Shown: in pieces, positions 58,523 to 64,000 of the stretch
Layout of the letters: each line of letters starts with the position of its first letter
Position numbering within the stretch: the first letter of the stretch is position 1
Origin: a virus
Reading direction: 5' to 3' (one strand)
DNA: 64,000 bases
IMG/VR virus record: IMGVR_UViG_3300032235_001020
Span: 20,981 to 84,980 of that record
The notes under the pieces: generated by a model
Database searches by the model: none
Told to the model about the DNA's origin: nothing
What the model saw: the letters and a program-made list of their open reading frames with translations, nothing else
Translations under genes and position numbers: made by a program

Positions 58523-60355
58523 GTGGGCAGTCAGGTCGTTCGCAAAGGCAAGACCTACTACAAGGACGACAGCGGCAATCTGCACGCCAACTATCGGGCG
58601 GCGGTAATGCACAGCCTGCCGGAAGCTCAACTGGGCCGCGCCATCGGGTCGGCCTATAGCGCCCTGGGCGGCAATGCGACGGTGCAGCGGGGGCTCGAGG
58701 CAACCGGCAACCAGCTCTGGCAATCCATGGGTGTCACCCCGCCTGCCTCGGCAGCGCCCGCACCAGCGCCATCCAAGGCTCGGCCACGGGTCGACTTAAA
58801 TGCCGGCATGAGCGGCAAGAACTGGCCCGATGGCGTCCCAGGTCCCGGGGCCCGGCCCGATCCCGCCACTTGGCAAGTAGCTCCGGGGCTCGGTCGACCC
58901 GCCCCGCATGTTGCCCCCGCTGAACGTGCTCGCGACTCGAACCTGACTGCCATGGCGCAGCAGTATGCGCCCAACTATTGGCAGCAGTCACAGAACGAGG
59001 CTGCGCTCCTGGCCGCCCGCGGAGCCGGCGATGCAGCAGCAGCAGCACGAGGGCAGGGTCCTTTGGCCGAGTTGGCCGATTCATCGAACCCGCGGTCTCA
59101 GGCCTACTGGGATCGGGCTGACATCCAGCAGTGGGCGAAAGCTAATGACGGTTTAGCTAGGCGGTTGCGCACCAAGCACGGCCTCCCGGAAGACCCCACC
59201 GCAGCAATCCCGATCGCCATGCCCGCAGTAGATGCGATGGCAGTGACGGCGGAAGACAGGGGGTTGGCCGAAGCTGGGTATCAGGGACAAGTGATTAACC
59301 CTGGCGAACGCGCTGGCCTGGCGCCCGTTTCGGCAGGCGAATTCACGCCCGAGGCACGCTTCACCTCGCCGACCTATGGGGTGATGGAAGGGTCCGACCC
59401 TGCAGCCGAGCAGCTGATGACGGCCGCAGGAGAGCGTCGAGTCGCGGAAGGTGGCTATGGCGCTGGTGCTATCGCGGCATCTTTGACAGGGGCTACACCT
59501 CTGCCTAGGACGGGGTTTGTTGGTGGCGGACTACCCGCAGGACAGTCCTTCGTCGCCAGTGGGAATGCGCAGTCTCCTGAGTTCACGGAGCCCTTCTTGC
59601 CGCCCAATGAGATGCGCGCCCTCAATCTGGGAGGGAATGACGCCCTGCAGGTGGCGCACAGCAGTCAACAGCAGTCGACCGGGGTGGCACTAAAACCCGC
59701 GAGCGCGGAGGGAAGCGAAATAGCGGCCAACCCTGCGAAAGCGTCTGAACCAGCCAGTGCGGCCAACCCCGCCGATGAGCTGGCCCGGCGCTACCTCAAT
59801 GGCATCACCCGTACCGCTCGCCTGGGTTACTGAGCCATGAACAGCCGTCATCCACAAGGTCGCTTCAATACCGGCGAAGTCCGCGGTGAGACCCCGCAAG
59901 AGGGGCGCTGGTACAAGGACCGGGCTATGGAGCGTGAGATTAGCCGTGATTTCACTGCAGCATCAGGCATGGTGCCCACGAACCCGAGCAACTTCTATGC
60001 CGCCAAAGCAAAGCCGTCGGAGTTTCGGTATGACGCGATCGCAGATGGCCTGACCTCCTATGTCAGCCCCTATGGCGATGGTCGTCAGTTTCTGCGCCAG
60101 GAAGAGCCCACTCTGACGACACCGGGTCCTGCCGCCAACATGGTCGCAGCCGCAGACCCAGCCAAGGGAGCCGCTGATCAGTCGCGCACCCCGGGCTATG
60201 GCTTTGGGGCGGGCAGTCGCTTGGCCCAGATTGATGGGGCCATGCAGCAGAACCCTGCCGCGCCGATGGCTGCAGAGTCGGCGCCAACTCTGGGAATGTC
60301 GACAGGTATTTCCCTGGGCAGTGGGCCTAAGCGAAATGTACCAAAGCCGGCCTAA
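58523..60355 (+). CDS. Two Pro/Ala-rich hypothetical virion proteins (58523-59833, 59837-60355)
   Basis: Consecutive ORFs in the late operon. Confidence 0.65.
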
Positions 60356-60415
60356 TTGTCGCGGTTAGACTGCAATGCAGGTCTTGCAGTCTGGCTGACG
60401 CCTCGGGGGTAGAGA

Positions 60416-60955
60416 TTGGCAACGAGCTCAAGCAACAAGATGCCCTTGCTGGTCGATCGACCGTTGCATTCCTTTGCGACGATCGGCGGCACAACGGCAC
60501 TGACGAGTGCGACGAATTTCAATACCCCCAATGGGGCCGGATGCGCCCTGCTGGTGGATTGCAGTTCCAATGACGGCGCTGTCATTGATTCGCTATCAGT
60601 GCTGGTCACGGAAGCGTCCACGACGACCAGCACTGTCCTGGTCTTCTTGAGCACGGCCTCATCGACCGCAACGATCTCAGCGTTGAACACTGCACTTGTG
60701 GCTAGCGTTGCGATCCCGGGCAGTAACACCGCCGGCCAACGGGTCAACATTTCCCTGCCTGCATTGTCGGTCCCGATGCCGAACCTTGCGTCGCCGGCAG
60801 CGACCATGGCCACCTATCCAACCGAGACGGATAAGAAGAATACGGGTCTGTATGTGCCCTCAACTGCGTTGGTATACGTGGGTGTGAATACTGCGCTGAC
60901 GGCACCCAGTGCAGCCACGCGCGTGCATGTGTTTGCGCAAGGCGGCTTCTTCTGA
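60416..60955 (+). CDS. Structural (tail) protein
   Basis: SSSNKMPLLVDRP...AQGGFF; Thr/Ser-rich; TAGACT at 60366-60371. Confidence 0.7.
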   Translation: MATSSSNKMPLLVDRPLHSFATIGGTTALTSATNFNTPNGAGCALLVDCSSNDGAVIDSLSVLVTEASTTTSTVLVFLSTASSTATISALNTALVASVAIPGSNTAGQRVNISLPALSVPMPNLASPAATMATYPTETDKKNTGLYVPSTALVYVGVNTALTAPSAATRVHVFAQGGFF

Positions 60956-60964
60956 TTCAAGATC

Positions 60965-61816
60965 ATGCCCAACAACAACAGGCAAGAGCAGAAAGCGCGT
61001 GACAAGGCACGCGAACTACTCCAGGAGGTTGGGAACAATCTCAGCGTCAGAGAAGCTGAACGCATCGAGCGGAAGACTGGCGTTGATATTGATCGGATCA
61101 CCAGGATCGCTGACCGGCAGGACATTAACGTCCCTCAGCGCGTCGAGAATAGAGTCGATAACATCGTTCAACAGCGGCAGGGCGGCAGCACTAGTCCTCC
61201 GCCCCCCAGCAACACCAACGTCAGTAATACCAACGCCAACCCGGGGCAAGACGCCTATTCGCAAATCTATGCGACCCTGGCTGAGCAATACAGAACACAA
61301 GCAGAGAGCTACAAGACAGAGGCTGCGCAATACAAGGCAGAGGCTCAGGGTTACGAGTCAAAGCTTTCAGACTATGACTCGACATTTACAAGCCTTAAGA
61401 ATCAATACAGCAACGCTCTTGCACAACAGCAGAGTGCCAATGCCCAGGCCGCCTCAGAGAAGAAGCGCGCTGACGAGCTTGAGAAGCAACGCAAAGACGA
61501 AGAGGAACTCGAAGTCGCACGGCAAGTCAGCAGCTTGCGGAGTGGCTCGACCGTCTCAGGCAGTGTCGGTGCCGGGATGGGCAGCCTGTCGTCGGGAGGT
61601 ACCAGCCGGTCTATTTCGACGGGCGCCAGAAATGGCGGCATCCTGGACCGGGCCTATCAGGACATCGATCCAACCGACAGTGTCTTAAATCGCGACGTCG
61701 CGACCGGCGCATCCAGGGAGATGCGGAGCAGTGGGGGCTCAAGAGCGCAGGCTCGCCAGCGCGCGCTGAGCAGCGGGACAACGGCAGGTCAGTATTACGC
61801 ACGTCGGTTTGGGTGA
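60965..61816 (+). CDS. Coiled-coil virion protein
   Basis: Heptad repeats AEQYRTQ/AESYKTE/AAQYKAE. Confidence 0.65.
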   Translation: MPNNNRQEQKARDKARELLQEVGNNLSVREAERIERKTGVDIDRITRIADRQDINVPQRVENRVDNIVQQRQGGSTSPPPPSNTNVSNTNANPGQDAYSQIYATLAEQYRTQAESYKTEAAQYKAEAQGYESKLSDYDSTFTSLKNQYSNALAQQQSANAQAASEKKRADELEKQRKDEEELEVARQVSSLRSGSTVSGSVGAGMGSLSSGGTSRSISTGARNGGILDRAYQDIDPTDSVLNRDVATGASREMRSSGGSRAQARQRALSSGTTAGQYYARRFG

Positions 61817-63225
61817 TGCCGCGCCAGTTCGGCGACAAGCTGAATCGAGGCATGAAGCTGGCGCCGGTTGCGCGTCCAGCCAAGAGACGGGCTGACGGGA
61901 TCTACCCATCCAAGGGCGCTGGACTCGGGGAGTACGGCAGCACGGTCTACCCAACGGTGATCGAGGCGTACAACCGCGAGAGCGACTACAGGCGCTGGCG
62001 CCTCGGCCAGGAGTATTTCTTTGGGACGGGCCGCAGCTGGGGGGACTACCAGATCTACAGCCTGGCGCGCTTTGTGACTGGCGCTGTGGATGGCACGTCG
62101 AAGGAGATCACGACCCTGTTCCCAAGTGCGACATCACCCGAGAGCGCCTGGTACGCGAGCTGCCGGACCCGAGGATCGATCATCCTGCCGCAGCCCATCA
62201 CGGCAGCTCGGGTCACGACCAACACCAGTGGCGACGACCCCAGCACGCACACCCTGACGTTGAATGTCAGCGGCATCCTGAGCGCAGCGCAGCTCGCGGT
62301 ATTCAATATCTTCATTGGCGATCAATTCGAGGACTCGGCCAGCGGGCCTAGTTATCCCGGGAACTTGGTTGAACGCGATGCCGGCAGCGTGGCGCTGACG
62401 CTGACAGCAGTGAATGTGGCCGGACTGACCCTGACGTTCGACCTGTCACGCCCTGCGGGGAGGGTGCAGCGCAATGGCCGGGTGTACTGGGACAACCTGC
62501 CCTACAACCCGAGTGCCCCGACAGTTTGGAAGACGGACGGGACGCGGCATCTGTGCTCGTCCTTCAAGTTCTTCTGCTGCTGCCCAGATCACCTGGGTGG
62601 GGCGCTGGCCAACTTGGAGAAGCCAGAGAGGGGTCAGCGGCGAGATCGATTCCCGCTACCGAACGCAGCTCGGGACGTGAATTCGCCCTGGGAGCGACAG
62701 GGCGCTGGCTACTACCGTCAGTGGCGCACGCTGCCTCGTCGGCGCGATGAGCGCAGGGAGTGCAAGCACATTCACTCGCTGCGCTGGCAGTGCGGAGTCC
62801 CCTGGCTGGAGCCGGATGACTATCCCGTCGGCGACGAGCGCATCATCTTGGAGTTCCAGGCCGACGCCGAGCGCCAGTACTCCAGCGAGGAAATCATGGA
62901 GTACTTCCGGTTGCGTCAGCTGAACTGGGACCGCTTTGCGATGACGGTGGCGGACGTGGTGGGCATCATCCTGTTCCCCGGGGGCGACCCAAGGGATGCG
63001 ATTCGCCCTGACGCCAGGCCGCTGTTGTGGAATGACGCGGAAGAGCCGCTGGACATTTGGTGCCGTCAGAACGATTGGTGGCTAGAGCGCGGCACCCAGA
63101 CCCTGCGCATCTTCAATGCCGGTACGCAGAACTTTGACAGCACCGTGACCGTAGGTGGCAATGCGTTTCCGGTATTGGACTTTGTTGATCCTGGCAGCCC
63201 TGGTGCACCAGTAATTGTGCCGTAG
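61813..63225 (+). CDS. SWIM-type zinc finger-containing protein
   Basis: CCCPD...CKHIH with a long insert. Confidence 0.6.
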   Translation: MMPRQFGDKLNRGMKLAPVARPAKRRADGIYPSKGAGLGEYGSTVYPTVIEAYNRESDYRRWRLGQEYFFGTGRSWGDYQIYSLARFVTGAVDGTSKEITTLFPSATSPESAWYASCRTRGSIILPQPITAARVTTNTSGDDPSTHTLTLNVSGILSAAQLAVFNIFIGDQFEDSASGPSYPGNLVERDAGSVALTLTAVNVAGLTLTFDLSRPAGRVQRNGRVYWDNLPYNPSAPTVWKTDGTRHLCSSFKFFCCCPDHLGGALANLEKPERGQRRDRFPLPNAARDVNSPWERQGAGYYRQWRTLPRRRDERRECKHIHSLRWQCGVPWLEPDDYPVGDERIILEFQADAERQYSSEEIMEYFRLRQLNWDRFAMTVADVVGIILFPGGDPRDAIRPDARPLLWNDAEEPLDIWCRQNDWWLERGTQTLRIFNAGTQNFDSTVTVGGNAFPVLDFVDPGSPGAPVIVP

Positions 63226-63259
63226 GAGCTTCCTAGAATTGGCATAAAGCCTGGCGGAA

Positions 63260-64000
63260 ATGGCTGGCAATACGGATCCTCAGCGCAGGCCTGTATACGT
63301 CGATCGGGTCAATCAGCGCCTATTGGCCGACCCGATCGGGGCGGGGGCATGGCCAGTTGTGCCACTGAGTTACAGCATGCTGGGCGAAATATCTGCCAAT
63401 ACCCTGATAGGACGAACAGGGAGCGCGGGCCCTGCTCAGGAGCTGAGCGCTGATGTTGTCGTCGACCTCATCAATGCTGCGACGGGATCGGTTATCGCAG
63501 CCGCAAGGGTTACTGCAGGTAGTACTACCACAAGTGGAGTAGTGCAGCTAACAGATAGCACAACTAGCACCAGTGTCACGACTGCCGCGACGCCGAACAG
63601 CGTAAAAATCGCAGCAGATACTGCCGCCGCCGCACTCCCTAAAGCGGGTGGCACGCTGACTGGAGCCCTCACGCTTGCAGCCGATCCAACTCAGTCGCTT
63701 CAAGCGGCGAGTAAGAATTACGTTGACACGGCGGACGCAGCCTTACTGCCTAAAGCCGGCGGCACGATGACCGGAGCGATCACCTTCGCTTCAGGCCAGG
63801 CCTACCCGCAGATCCCGCAGAATTCCAAAACATCGGCGTACACGCTGGTAGCAGGAGACGCGGGTCGCCATATCTCGATAACAACTGGGGGCATTACTGT
63901 GCCGGCCGGCGTCTTTAATGTGGGTGACGCAATCAGCATTTACAACAACAGCGCCAATAGTCAGACGATCACACAAGGTGCAAGTACAACCCTGAGATTG
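63260..64000 (+). CDS. Tail fibre protein, 5' part (runs off the window)
   Basis: GVVQLTDSTTSTSVTTAATPNSVK fibre repeat and two LPKAGGT(L/M)TG repeats. Confidence 0.85.
   Translation, partial: MAGNTDPQRRPVYVDRVNQRLLADPIGAGAWPVVPLSYSMLGEISANTLIGRTGSAGPAQELSADVVVDLINAATGSVIAAARVTAGSTTTSGVVQLTDSTTSTSVTTAATPNSVKIAADTAAAALPKAGGTLTGALTLAADPTQSLQAASKNYVDTADAALLPKAGGTMTGAITFASGQAYPQIPQNSKTSAYTLVAGDAGRHISITTGGITVPAGVFNVGDAISIYNNSANSQTITQGASTTLRL

Noticed and set aside
1-64000. tRNA genes, stop-codon recoding, integrase, DNA or RNA polymerase, photosystem genes
   Set aside because: No cloverleaf with a T-loop was seen, core genes are intact under the standard code with all three stops in use, and no such enzyme motifs were recognised. 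They may lie outside the window.

Overview
A ~64% GC segment of a tailed dsDNA phage, most likely infecting picocyanobacteria (Synechococcus/Cyanobium type). The host inference rests on a cyanobacterial-type ThyX, DUF3288, a CP12-like C-terminus, a possible NblA and several small protein families typical of cyanophages. The left part (1-36 kb, mostly minus strand) holds nucleotide metabolism genes (thyX, dCMP deaminase) and replication/recombination genes (primase-VirE helicase, PD-(D/E)xK exonuclease, up to three SSB-like proteins, a beta-clamp-like protein, DUF932, Gp157). It also holds an XRE regulator, Dps, a plus-strand island of virion-like genes and many small early genes. An 0.8-kb non-coding divergence point at 36.0-36.8 kb precedes the late region: Gly/Ala-rich internal virion proteins, terminase, portal, scaffold, endolysin, two LAGLIDADG proteins, major capsid and tail/fibre genes. 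The most notable observations are: (1) three multi-branched candidate structured RNAs, the best a ~200-nt kissing-loop RNA between a LAGLIDADG pair and an unannotated mini-CP12; (2) an array of one-gene cassettes delimited by a repeated terminator + CAGCAGTGCAT-N8-CCTRACT element; (3) an R-x-A-G motif at the N-terminus of seven late proteins; (4) an identical AVGYDHEDF peptide in the primase-helicase and an SSB tail; (5) a split S74 chaperone; (6) a 482-nt portal/scaffold overlap. All family calls are by motif recognition and all RNA structures were paired by eye; no database search or folding program was run.
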